This document shows, in pieces, positions 12,500-25,657 of a stretch of DNA of 64,000 nt. A program made the position numbers and the translations under genes. This DNA is from Polymyxa betae A26-41 (lineage: Eukaryota > Protista > Endomyxa: Phytomyxea), in assembly GCA_003693705.1 (NCBI GenBank), contig RBZT01000313.1:1-64000 (forward strand), read 5' to 3'. The notes beneath the pieces were generated by a model. It was not told the DNA's origin. It worked only from the letters and a program-made list of their open reading frames with translations, and did not search any database. Numbering within the stretch: position 1 is the stretch's first letter; every line of letters begins with the position of its first letter.

Positions 12500-13640
12500 T
12501 CAGAGACGTCGCTTCCATGATAACAATGCAGTCTTTAAATCTCGTGATAATTCCATATTTGGTGCAAATCTGGAGAATATACGATCTAATGCAGTCTCGT
12601 CAGATCTTTCAATCTCATGCCGTAGTTTCTCCAATTTCATACGTTCATCTTTATTGAAATACTGAACAACATGCAATCAGTAAGTAAGCAATTTTACAAT
12701 GTAAAACAATAATATTCAGACGTCGGTCTCACTGGCTTGTTCTTTCTTCTTAAATATTCCAGTTGTTGTTAATAATCTAATTGGATATTTCAAATGAAAT
12801 GATCCAACCAATGGTTTGTTCTGAACCACTCTCTTCATTATCCACATAGATTTTGATATCTTCTTCATCAATAACGGTCGTCTCTGTGCTTCGTATTGCT
12901 GAACAAGATTCAACTTCTAGCAAGATACACGGTGATTGTAATGATGCTATAAGAAATGAATGATCGGAGATCAAGCCATAGGATATTCATTGTCCATAGA
13001 TATGGTTCAGTCAAATTCCATCAATAATCAGTTACTTATTTAGCAGAAATTGTTGTATCTGATTACCTTTCAGGTATATCAAATTCATCAGATAATTAAC
13101 TATCATACAATGGTATTTCATAATACATTTGAGTGAGAAGTTCGGCATAATGATATTATAGAGAATTGGGTGCCCAATTCGATGGTCTCTGTGATCCCCG
13201 ATATCATGAGGATCACACATGTATTGATTGCATTATGTTCCTATAGGATATAATAACTATTCGCACTGATCAGATAAGCTGATTAGAATGTGATTGCGAT
13301 CATATATAGGACGTATTCCACTGAATATCAAGTAATGATTTCATTGTTTGAATACATTTGAAAGATGATATTAAGTAATCTGGATAGATCCACTCGATAT
13401 ATTTACTGCTATTCGATCACGTAAAATAGAACGATGAGCTTCTGATTTCTTGACTTGATCTGGACCATCCTTCCAATAACCGAACTTCTTAGTTGGCATA
13501 TCCCAGCGCTTCTTACTACAGTTTCCATGTTAAAAGAGATTAAGATCAAATAGATAGGGAACCTACAGTTGCAGGATATCCTGCTCTGACTTGGCAATAA
13601 CGGCCTGAATCTTATCAAGACGGGATTCAGGAGATTCCAT
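12500..13640 (-). CDS. Hypothetical multi-exon protein
   Basis: Spliceable reading from MESPESRLDKIQ to ...LKTALLSWKRRL*. No family recognised. Confidence 0.5.
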
Positions 13641-14323
13641 GAACTTGGTAATGAGATTAGTAAGTATATGGACCATGATGATATATAAATGATATGAGAT
13701 TATGTATGGATATATGACTGATATATATAACACTATCAACTGTCATATGTGGTTATACAACAGACACACCATTACATGTAACATAACACCATGTAATACT
13801 ACACACATTGAAACCCAATAATCACCTGAATATTCTCTTCTGCAACTATATATTTTCAAATGTTTAAACTTCTGTAAGGGGTCCGACATGACAGCCATAC
13901 CAGACGATTCTAGTTACCTATAAAAATTGACTGAAGTCTACTTTTCATAGAGATATTATGCATTTGCTGTGTGCCAGATTTGACAGTAGAAATGATTGGC
14001 GTTCAAGACGATTACGAGTGGCGTATATCAGGAGCATCGAAACTTGCTTCAGTAATATCGTTCACAATATCTAGCAAAACACCGAAACGAAGAAACATTT
14101 GGTCTTCTAGCTAATCTTCTACGACAGTAATGAAAGACGTCCGGGGCAAGATTGGGATATCATACATGACTGGATTTACACCAGGAATTCAGTGAAATCA
14201 GAGGATTTCTAATCGTCGAATATTTATGGTGAATTTCCAGAGCAATGTACACAATTAACCGTGAAGATAAGATGAGAATGAAAATTGCAGAGGGCCAGTG
14301 AATGTGAGAAAATACACTGATAT

Positions 14324-17300
14324 TTACATTGAGATGGGCTGCATAAGATCGAAAGCACCGGATCCAGATCGGACCACCTGCCCGAGAATAATTCGAGAGC
14401 TTGGTGATAGCTGGCTGTCGTCATCGCCATTCAAAATGGCATCCAACAAGAACTTCATTGACGTTTCGTACGTCATCTTCAGCCATGGCGAACCGTTGTC
14501 GTCAATTCCTACACGATTCAAAGCTCGGTATCCACCACTCCAAGTCATATAATCAGCAAGCAGATATAAATGTCGGTAATCCACCTGAACGCAAATTGCC
14601 TCGTCAAAATGTGAAAGCAGCGATGGGAAAATGTACATACCGAAATACCATAAACAGCAAAAACCGAAGAGATTTCGCGAACAATAGCAGCCCGAGCACA
14701 CTCGACACCATACGTCTGTAGTAGCGCCGCGATATCATTCGTATTGATCCGGTTGATGTCAAGCAGGTCGGCGTATTGCCAAAGCGCTTGGAAGTTGACA
14801 CCATCGGTTTGGACAATGTTGACATCACGTTTGTCAATGGTTCGAGTTGTGACGTAGCATTTGCTGATGTTGGGCGTAGCACGAACCAAGACGTTAGACT
14901 GAACGCGATCGATCAGCGACATGATCAGAAGTCGTGGTGCATTCAGAGGGAGCTGCAATGTCAGCTGAACGAAAGATCCCTTCGAGCTAAAAGTCAACCG
15001 GTTCACGAACGGAGAGGCAACACCGTGGCGACTTTCGTAAATTTCATCATCATCAGACCTTGAATCTTCCGGTAAAGAAGCCTTTATGACATTGGCGTCG
15101 TCATCACGGTCAGATTCAGGTTCAGAATCAGCATCAGACTCAGAAGACAAATTATCGTCCGAGTCCGCATCGCTTTCTATGTTTTGCTCGTTATCGGAAT
15201 CCTTGTTCTTCTTTCCCGATTTAGGTGCGTCGTTATCACCTTCTCGCTCTTCATCGTCACCGACAGCAACATCACTATCCTGAACCGAGGACACAGGACG
15301 AGAAGCGATCTTAATTCCGGAGGATTTGGAAATAAGAGCGCATAGCTTGGGAGCAAATTGCTTCGTAATGGCCTTTTCCACATCTTTCATGGACATATCG
15401 AAGTTTGATAGCGGATTCAAATCTAACCGGATGGCAAATAACCGCTGTCGGGTTCCATCCGTACCTGTCCCGATACTCTCTCGGCAACTACAAATGCACT
15501 CAGATCATTGACAAAAACAATTTGCCTTGGAAATAAAACTTAAGAAAAAAGTTCAGCAATCCCGAAAAATAGAATGTAAGCACAAAACATGCAATGACGT
15601 ACGATGCCTGACGGATCAATTCTTGCAGCTTGATTTGGCGTAAGCGATGTGCGAGCGTCTGGGCATCTTCAACGCTATCAAAACCGGGCTTCAGGTAGAG
15701 TTCCATCAGTGGCGTCTTGATGTGATCCGACGCAGTCATGATAATTTCAACGAGACGTGGAATACCCAATGTTACGTTGGCACCACCAAACCCGGCAAGA
15801 TGGAACGTGTTCAATGTCATTTGAGTGGAAGGTTCACCAATAGATTGTGCTGTCAAAACACCGACATTTTCACCCGGATCTGCCAACGAATTCATGTACT
15901 TGAGCCACATTATCATTTCGAATTTCTCCCGGGTCAGGCCTGATTTCCCGAAGAAACCATCACTGGCGGGGTTTTGGCAGAATTCGGCGACTTTGCGATG
16001 GAAAGATTCCGATACTGAGCCGAGAGTGGAGCCCGGGGCGAACAGCGACATGATGGGAGGCATATCAGGGCAGCGTAAAACGCGATCCCAATGATGAAGG
16101 GCCTGGTCAGGATCAAGCTGGGTCAAAGCCACACGAGGGTTCAATCGATGTAGAACAGCTCGATAATTCTGTGCCAAAAGCCCATGATCAGATAATGATA
16201 GACTCTTGGTTACATCCACTGAATCTTCTCCATAATAGAACATCACTAGGAAAAGGGAAAATAATCAGACGCAATGGAAATTAGCACGCCAACGAACTTA
16301 CCAACATCACCCCTTTCGTTGCGGACAGTGTAGTCGTACTGGACCGAAAGAGATTCGAGATGTTTCATAAGACAACGTTGTAGATATCCGGACCTACTGG
16401 TCTTTACAGCAGTATCGACAAGACCTTCACGTCCAGCCATACAATGAAAGAAGTACTCAGCAGGCCGAATACCAGTTAAAAACCTGATCATGGTTAGTCA
16501 ACAATCGTCATGAAAGTTCCAACAAACGAAAACGAAATTTCTGTAAACAAAAGGGGGAGCAGAGCGTGGGCGGTTATGTACCGATTGCTGATCCATCCAC
16601 CGGCACGCGACTGTGCATCGAAAGGGCTGAAGCAGGGGAGAGTACGGCCCGAGGCCATTCGAGGCACACGTGCACCTTCCAACTCCTGTTGGCCCAACAA
16701 ACACGAGATCTGACTGAAGTTAACTTTAGAACCTTTGGCACCTGTACGGAACATCAGCTCCCTTATACAATACAATGAAAATCAGCCAGCGCGGCAAATA
16801 CCAGAGATGGTCATCATTGAGAAGTTATTCGCTGGAAATGGTTTAAGCTGCCCAATAGGTAGACACTTCGATATGATACTTGAAGTGACCGAATTCATGG
16901 CTGACTTCACAAACCCATCAAGCGACTTCGTACCGGCCGCGCCTAATAGGGATCAAAATGCTAAAGCTGCTTGAAACCATAATTCTAACCCGTTTGCCGC
17001 AGACGAGCGCCACATTGCCGACGAACATGTTCCTGATCGGAGGCGTCACACTCGGCAAATTTCGCGGTCGCATGCAATGCTCGACTGTCAGCCTCGGAAA
17101 TGGCGGTACGACGGTCGAGCTCGGCGAACGGGCGGACAAGAAGATCATCAATGCCACACGTGAATGCCCGGAAGATCTGAAGATAGGCAGTGAAGAGCTG
17201 ACCAAGAGCGGTCAACAAATCAGCACTATGGCTAGCACCATATAGCTCATATACACAGTGAACTAGACCAAATTTCTTCGCACCAAACTATGCAAGCGAA

Positions 17301-20193
17301 AATCAGTTACAGGTCATAAAGCGAAGACAACATCAACAAAAATAACACGAACAAAAAAGTGATGCAAACCGACCTGAGACTTATCGAGGACACCCGATAG
17401 TAGCTGATTTTGGCGAATGACGACAAAACCTTCCTCACAGGATTTAGAGCCCCAGGTGTCTCCCGGAATTTGAGACTTCGAATCGATATTTAACGGTGCC
17501 AACTGCTGCCCAATCATGGAAAGCAGTGACGAGATGACCTGCTTGCCGGTCCATAACGGTTTGGGCTTCATGACAGCCGGTGTTGGGCAAGGTAATCGAA
17601 CTTGCGATGATACGATCGAACTAGTGGCAGCATATAACAGCTGCATGAATTCATCACGTGTGAAAAACGAATCACGCTTGGTAATGAGCACACCGGCCAC
17701 GACATGATCCTGAATGAGGCCTCGTAATGGCGTTCCATCCTTACAGGTCAGGTATTGCTGTTCAGTACAAGCGATATTGTAGCCTTCAGCACGGGCCAGT
17801 TCCGATTGCGGAAAGTGGACGTTGATTTCATCACCGTCAAAATCAGCATTATACGTGTTACAGTTGGCGTAATGCATACGAATGGTCTGCTGATTCTTAA
17901 GCAGACGAACACGATGAGCCATCATCGACGCCTTATGCAGAGTTGGTTGACGATTAACCAAAACCACATCGCCTAACATAGCAGGTTAGCTAAATGAAGG
18001 AAGACGCAGCATACAAAAACTTACCGTTCATGAGATGACGACCAACAACTTTTTGTTTGATCTGAGTGCCAATAACAGTGGTGTTATTTCTTAATGTGTC
18101 GTTCAAAGCGTTGTCGCCGGCCAATAACGTCTGCGAGATGGCAACACGCTGAGCCCGGCTTCGCTTTGCTAAACTGATTTGACGCCCGTCGGCGTCACTG
18201 ACAAAATTGGCACCCGGATGGGACTCGGTACCGTTAATCACCATTTGCCGAAGCAACTCGACATTGTGAGCGGTCACCGGTTCCGGGTACGTCAGCTGCT
18301 TAGCAAACTCCTCGGGAATACCGATCTCACCAACATGTAAATTGGGATCTGAGCAGCATGAATTAGTCGGAATGGTGAATAAAATTACACCAACCTGGCG
18401 AGATGACAGAGCGGCAACTGAAGTTAACACGCTTTCCCATCATATTCTGACGAAATAAACCGGCTTTCTTCTCCAGTCGTTGACGAATACCGGGAATGGC
18501 CTAAAATATGTTGAAGTCTGATTATCGCAATGTGGATTAAAACAAACACGAGTATTGGCGCTGATCTGTGGACCCTTGGAGCTATCCATTAACATATTGG
18601 TTTGAGTCTGCATATCGACCCATGCTGCATACAGGTCAGAGATAGTCACATCCTACAAAAGTTACATTTAACATAATGCTGAGCAGCTGGGTGTCCATAA
18701 GCAGAACTTCAATACCTGTTTCTTCTCGGCTAACGCCGCACTAGCTGTGACGAATTGATGAGATGCTGACAGGATATTCCTGAAATAAACATTCTCGGGA
18801 TTCTCCAGGGTCTGATCGCCCATAACTACAGGTGGTCGATATCTTCATTGTCACAGATTAGTAACAATCACAGAAATGGCATCGAAGGTGTTGGTTCAAA
18901 AAGAGGCACAAATGATGAGCGTGGCCATTTTTAGCAGGTAACGTAGGCGACAGGGGGTCCCGCCACGACCAGAAGTTACAAACGTTACAAAACAATGATT
19001 TTCACAATAAAAGGTGAAATGAAGACTGAATTCACAGCAGCTTACTTAGAAGGTGGAACTACAAGACGATGTAGAAAGAAGGATTGGGCAGTCAGATGTG
19101 GAAAGAGCACGTTCATGACAGACCCAGCATGTTCATAGAGAAGTTCAATGTACTTCTCCGCTTCGTTTGGCAGAAGTAACGTCGATGACAGCCGTCGCTG
19201 TTCGTCATCGACAACAGCATCGTCAAGAATGCCTATTCAGAGGATTAACGATCACACTGGTCCATAACGAAGAAAACAAACCTTGACGTTCGCAATTCAA
19301 GCCCTTTCGAGCAGCCTGAGCTAATTGTCGAACGCCAAGAGGAACGATATAGATTTTGACAGCACGCTCAGAACGAAGTTTTGGTGAAATGTGCTTGCAC
19401 TATACACATTGAATAAGCAAATGGTTACCGAGCAAGCGAAATAAGTTGAAAATGACACATTTCTGAAAACAACGAAATGAGAGTTTAAATTTATAAGCAG
19501 AAAATGTGAATTTAAAAGAAGCAGATGATGTAATATTACCCGAAGACATGAAGTAGGTATAGGCCATCTAAGAAATTGCCTAAGAACCTGACGTCGTGCT
19601 AACTGAATATGAGGTCGACTAACATCACCTCCAGCATGTTGACTACAGATCTCTTCGACTCGTTCCATAACTTTATCCCAGCTGTCAATACCAACATCGC
19701 CAACATCTTCGTCAGAATCATCAACCACATCATCGATATCGTCACCATCATCAACATGCTGCCGAGCGGCCTGGGCCGCTTTCGCTGCAGTCGTGATCTC
19801 AATATTATCAGCATCAGATAGGCGACCTCTGTTGATTAGCTCTAGCTTCGTTTGTAGCATGGCTAACGAGGCGCTCTTGAATTTGAAACGATGGCAATAG
19901 GAGCATTGTGCTCGAAGTATTTTGATCAAAAGATTAAATAAATATGGCTGATATAAAGGGGCGGGCAGTACAATATGACCAACATGTCCAGGACATCTCT
20001 CAAATGGTTGTGAGCATGTTGTACATGAGGCTAATTTATCAATTGGACCCATATCAGGATCATACAAACCATGGGCGATAGGCTGTTTAAGAGAATCCAG
20101 TCCATCACCATTCTGAACATGGCAGACAGACAATGCCTCAACATCAGCTGACGATAGCAGACAGAATTCAACTGATGATACAGTCGCCGTCAT
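14324..20193 (-). CDS. RPA1: DNA-directed RNA polymerase I largest subunit
   Basis: [54 protein letters not shown], acidic expander region; more than 10 introns. Confidence 0.97.
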
Positions 20194-20245
20194 CTGATCG
20201 TGCCAACGACGACGTCGCTGGAGAGAAAGTACGATTCAGGGACGA

Positions 20246-21427
20246 ATGGCGGACTCCGTGACGGAGTTCGTCCTAGAACGACAGACAGATCATCGATATT
20301 TTTTGATCAATGCAGGAGAGCCTGGCTGAGATCCGCTCTCGAGTATTCATTGAAGGCGGTGCCCCAGCCCATACAGCTGGTATTGATGATGCGCTAGCCT
20401 TCAGGTCACTCGGAATAGGTCGTTCCTGATCAAATGACACGGGCTTTGGTTCACAATTAATCACTTGTCATTAGATAATACGCTCGATGTATTCGGCGGT
20501 GAATGCACCATTCGTCATGTCGATGACGAAGAAATCGTATTCGAATTGAAGGGTGTCGATGCGCCCATCGCCAATGCTCTTCGTCGTGTAATGATCGCTG
20601 AAGTCCCGACTATGGCAATTGAGAAATGCAACATTTATCAGAATACTTCGATTATGCAGGATGAGGTACTAGCCCATCGTCTAGGTCTGTTACCAATCTA
20701 TGCCGATCCTCGAGTTATGGAATATGTTGATGAATCTGGTAAAGCTACACCTAAGAACACAATTGTATTTCGTCTTTGTGTCACATGCAGTGAAGCACCT
20801 GGAACATCACCTACTGATCCACCATCAGTTCGATATCGTAACTCGAAGATTTATTCACGAGATTTAGAATGGGTCCCGCAAGGCCAATACCAGCGAGATC
20901 TGTTCGCTGATAATCCACCTCGTTGTGTTGATCCCGATATTCTCATTTGTGAACTTCGACCTGGTCAGACTCTAGAATTGGAATTATTTTCTGAGAAAGG
21001 CATTGGGCAGACTCATGCGAAATGGTCGCCCGTCTGTACAGCTGCATATAAATTACAGCCTGAAGTCAGTATTGACGAGAACGTCTTTATTACTGGGCGC
21101 GAGGCTGAGAATCTCGTCAAGAGATGTCCAATGGACGTTTTTGATATTGAAGATGGTCGAGCGATTGTTGCTAGGCAAGATAACTGTACAATGTGTCGAG
21201 AATGTATCCGCGATACCGATTACCCGATCAAATTAAGACGAGTCCGTGATCATTTCATCTGTAAGGATTTTTGGAATTTATCTCGGGAATCGTATTTTGA
21301 TTAATAGTTAGTTACGGTTGAATCTACCGGAGTCTATAAAGCCAAAGAGATCTTGGTAGAAGCTCTCAATGTTCTCGCTGATAAATGCAGAACTTTGTTA
21401 GACTGTTTAGATGGTGTATCACAATAA
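20246..21427 (+). CDS. RPAC1: RNA polymerase I/III shared subunit AC40
   Basis: IANALRRVMIAEVPTMAIE, DEVLAHRLGL, HAKWSPV, CTMCREC. First exon (MADS) is inferred. Confidence 0.93.
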
Positions 21428-21816
21428 AATTTGTTTTAATATATTCTTGAATTAGACATCCTCTTGGGCCTGATTAGTATCCATGGCTAACATTTTCAGG
21501 CTCGTGATTTTGCTCGATTCCGATAATTACCAAATTACATTGCTGTCTTCAGATCTACCGGTTGAATTTCAGTTCAATATCCTAGCTGCTATAGATAAGC
21601 CCATAGCTATAAAGACGAGACAGGCTCTCATTGCTACTTCGTATTTGTAATTGTAACAATACAGCTAATGTCTGCTGTGCTGTCTGTAAGAGGCGCAGCC
21701 TCTGTCTATCTCTTCCTGTGCTGTCTGGTACTTTTCCTCACATTTTGACGTCTATCCACTATCGTCATTGCTGAAAATTACCACATCTAGACCCACTGCG
21801 AAACTCTGATCCGGTC

Positions 21817-23105
21817 ATGGGGGCCGGCGAAATCGACAGGCTAAAACAGCTGTTAAAAAAGCCTGACAATAAAACCTGCGCCGACTGCAATAGCAAGCAG
21901 CCTCGTTGGGCCAGTATTAATCTGGGATGTTTCATTTGCATCCGATGTTCTGGTAACAAAGCATGAAAAACGCAATCAAATCTTTGATGCGAGCTTGCTG
22001 TTTCTCAGGGATTCACCGTAGCGTTGGCGTTCACATATCGAAAGTTCGATCTGTCACGCTCGATGAATGGCAGCCAGCTTGGGTTGATAATATGGAGAAA
22101 TGGGGAAATAAGAAAGTTAATCAACGTAATTATACACGTTGCATAATCTAATTTCTCTGAATAACTCTAGTTTATGAGGCTAAGCTCGGCAATGCTCGAA
22201 AGCCCGACGCCACCACCGGTGACCGTGAAATGGAACAATATATTCGACAAAAATACGAACATAAAGCTTTTATGGCCAAAGAAGCTGCTCGTAAATCTAA
22301 ACCAGTAGCGATTTCCAGCGAAGAGGAAAGCGAGAGTGAAGAGGATTCAGAATCCAGTGATGAGAGCGAACTGAGCGAAGATGAAAAAGCCACTGCCAAT
22401 CCTCTACCGAAGCCAAATAGTAGCAAGTCGGCTTCGAGAAGGAAAGAATCACAACCTTCACAGTCTAAAGGCACGAAAGTCGATGCAGGTTTAACCTTAA
22501 AGTTCGAAAAAGTTGGCGTGAGTTCAACTACTGAATCTTTTGCCGACCAAGCACCGGCTGCCAAAACAGCAACATCTGGCAACAATAACAATGACTTTGG
22601 GCAGTTTGGTGATTTCTTCGGGGCAGAAAGCAAACCTGCAAGTTCTGCTTCTACCTCCAACGATAAGGATTTCATCATGAGCCTATTCCAGAGTACTCCT
22701 GCGAGCCAGCCTGATCCTTCTGCTGCAAATGCACAAGGACTTGTACACTCAGGACCCTATATGCAAGCACCTACCATGGCCCAATATGGCCAAATATCTC
22801 CCCAGATGCCATATCAAATGATGCAAGGCATGCCGCCGACGTCAGCATATCCTTCAGGTCCTGCTTCTGCCATGCCATATACTACAGCACCAAACTACCC
22901 ATCAAATGCTCCAATGATGAATTCATTCGGACCGAATGCTCCAGAAATGACGGCACAGTACCCTCCAATGATAAATATGGGTCCAGTGTATGGGCAGCAA
23001 CAGCAAGCAGGTCCTTTAAACGGTCAGGTATCACAACAGGCCTCCATGGCATACAACCAGGTGCCACAGCAATCATCATGGCCTTCCCAAGGCCAATATC
23101 AATAG
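21817..23105 (+). CDS. ArfGAP (SMAP/AGD5-like) with P/Q/M-rich tail
   Basis: [32 protein letters not shown]; two introns. Confidence 0.92.
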
Positions 23106-23326
23106 AGAACTAATTGTTAAAACGAATCATGTGTTGCTGCAGGTTACCAAATCTGAGCCACTATGATAAACGGTTACTTTCCGAGAAACAGAAAAAACGA
23201 GTAAGTAAAAAAACTGAAATAGAAAGGAGTTTATGAATCGCAGTTGATAAGTTGGGATGGATTTAGCACCAACAATCGCAGACCCAATTCCTCCAATCTG
23301 CTTCGAGAATTCATACAAACGCTAAA

Positions 23327-23773
23327 TCAGATCTTGTCGAGTTTGGCGGCAATGACTTCAGGATTGTCCTTTCGTAGACGTTCTTGGTGGCGTTTCATGT
23401 AGTCAAACGAACAGCTATGGGAGTCTGCATAACGATGCTCACCACAGAACGTCTCCTGGCACATACATTCAAACTGCTGAGCTAGACGCAGCTTCTTCCG
23501 GCAGACGCTACATCGATGACGATCGCTTTTTTTAACCACAGGAGCTGCGACGACAGGCTCTTTTATCGTTGGCTCAGGTGGCGTGACAGCAGGCTGTAGA
23601 GTAGGAACATTCGGGGCTTCTGGGACAATCGGAGTGCCTTGAGAGGTGGCCTCGGTCTTCATAAGCTCCCTGAAGCATTTCGAACAGAGATCGCGCTGAT
23701 CAGGACGACCAAAGAAACCACACGAGTTCCGGCATAGGGTCGGGGTGGCTGCCATGCCATCATGATTGGCCAT
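23327..23773 (-). CDS. A20/AN1 zinc-finger stress-associated protein
   Basis: A20 LCRNSCGFFG..LCSKC; AN1 CSVCRKKL..CMCQETFCGEHRYADSHSCSFDY. Confidence 0.92.
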   Translation of the reverse strand: MANHDGMAATPTLCRNSCGFFGRPDQRDLCSKCFRELMKTEATSQGTPIVPEAPNVPTLQPAVTPPEPTIKEPVVAAPVVKKSDRHRCSVCRKKLRLAQQFECMCQETFCGEHRYADSHSCSFDYMKRHQERLRKDNPEVIAAKLDKI

Positions 23774-24907
23774 GATTAAGATTGCAGGTACGGTATGTAG
23801 GGGCTGGCTGTTAATGTAAGAGGTGTGATTAAGATTCTGGTAGGCGGACGGGACGCACGCTTGATTTGAAGAGCCGGATCCTAATTGCAGTTGAGTCACA
23901 GGTGGACAGGAAAGTGACCGGAGGGTGAGCGGGCTGCTGGGGTCTTGGGGTTCTGTCTTTCACTGGTCCTGAGGGTCGGCGATTATTGGGCCACCCACTG
24001 TAGTTAACGTGGCCACTAGTTGGTATGTCCCAAGTCAAGATTTAATGAGAGGGTTTCAGGGGGGCTCTTCCAAGATTGATTCACCACCAATCAATTACTT
24101 GTGCCTTGGGCTTGCGTATACCCCCGACCTGATGATATCAATGTGTTCCTGATATTCTGATAATATCGTTCTTAATATCCAGGTCCAGGTGTTCGTCCTC
24201 TCTCTCTCACCAATCTTTTGCCTCCGACCTACAAAGGAGCTCTAGAATCTTCTCGAACTAATATTAATCCTGTTCTATAGGTAGTCTTCTTCGACCTAAA
24301 GCTTTTGAGGATTTTTCATCATTTTCATTTACTCTCTTCGACTGTCAGCAAAGATCATTCATGTTTCTTATCTCTCTTCGTTCATGCCATAAATTCCATA
24401 ATAGTAGAGACAACAGGCACCGACTTCTCATGGTCTGTTCGTTCAGATTTGTAATTTGCAGTCAATTTTGGATCTCTTAACATCAAAAGTTTTTCACGAT
24501 CCGCTTTCTGATTCGGCTGGTAATGGTTATACTTTGAGATTTGACAAAATTCTAACGTAACTTGAGTGCTGATGTACTCGACTGCACATCTAAAACTTGT
24601 GCAACCAACTTTTGGGTTGAGGATATTTAAAGGGCGGTGCTATCTATCCCCTTCAGCACAAGAAGCGTTTTCTGACGTTCCGGTTAAGTTATACTCGTAG
24701 GTAGATATCAGGATTACACTCCTTTAAAATTTTCCGAACACGCTTGACTCTCATGGTTCTTTTATTGATAAAGCTTCAAAGCATTTTTTAATACAGTATC
24801 GTTAATTTGTAATATTATTCTCCAAAAACGACATCATGATAATATACCTAAGTTAATTCGTATAACAATAACTAGAATGTTGAAGTTACTTGTGTCTGCC
24901 GAAGTTA

Positions 24908-25494
24908 CAGTCCTCCATCCCTATAACGACCCTCTTTTTAACGACAGCTTACTTTGTACGGATATTGTTTATGGATACTCTCTACAACGACATCAATGAC
25001 ATGGCGGCGCGGCCCATACGGTCTCTACTCCTTCGAGAAAGATAAGAGTCGTTCGGGATAGCCCAGAAATAGCTGATTGCCGAGCATACATTGAGAACCT
25101 TACAGATAAAAAAATCGAATCGCAGAGCTGGTTCTGAAAGATTGGGTTATCAGGTCTGCGGCTCGACTATTTCTCGCATTGTAAGAGACCTAGGAAGTAC
25201 GAGAATCAAGTGAACAAGCTGATGTTAACGACGACAAATCGAAGCGCATCGAAAATTTGTGTTAAGCACTGCTCGGGATAACCCCCAAGAACTGAAAGAA
25301 CTTTTTTTAAGTTTTGAAGCTTTAATTTTGTATCTATTCGACAAATAAACCATAAAAACATCAAAACTGTTGAATAACTGCTGCTGTTAAAACATAGAAA
25401 TGGTGCATAGCCCGTTAGGAATTCCATATACTTTTATAACGACATTGTCATTAAAAGAAAACCCAGCCAGTGTCGTGATAGAGAGGGAGGACTG
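24908..25494 (+). mobile_element. Defective pogo/Tc1-mariner-superfamily DNA transposon, 587 bp
   Basis: TIRs CAGTCCTCCATCCCTATAACGAC and GTCGTGATAGAGAGGGAGGACTG (20/23 match), TA on both sides, decayed HTH remnant ERLGYQVCGSTISRIVRD. Confidence 0.85.
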
Positions 25495-25657
25495 TAACTC
25501 GATGGTCAAATGTAATGTTACAGTGTATAAGAGTATGTAATGTTACATGAATATATCGGACCCTGTATTAATATGGCTTTTATAACGAGACTACCATTGC
25601 ACATCAAATAAATTCATACTCATCTAATCATCGTTGTACGCACACCTAAGGCGGCCA

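Noticed and set aside
14298-17976. Numerous plus-strand ORFs over RPA1
   Set aside because: Antisense shadows of conserved exons; the same applies to opposite-strand ORFs over DHX37, MMS19, ArfGAP and the reductase.
18843-19046. About 200-nt RPA1 intron with ATGATGA...CTGA and a small GC stem, as a C/D snoRNA
   Set aside because: The boxes are antisense to the host transcript and no terminal stem or rRNA guide was recognisable.
24240-24850. Broken minus-strand reading frames as a pseudogene
   Set aside because: Multiple stops and no recognisable family.
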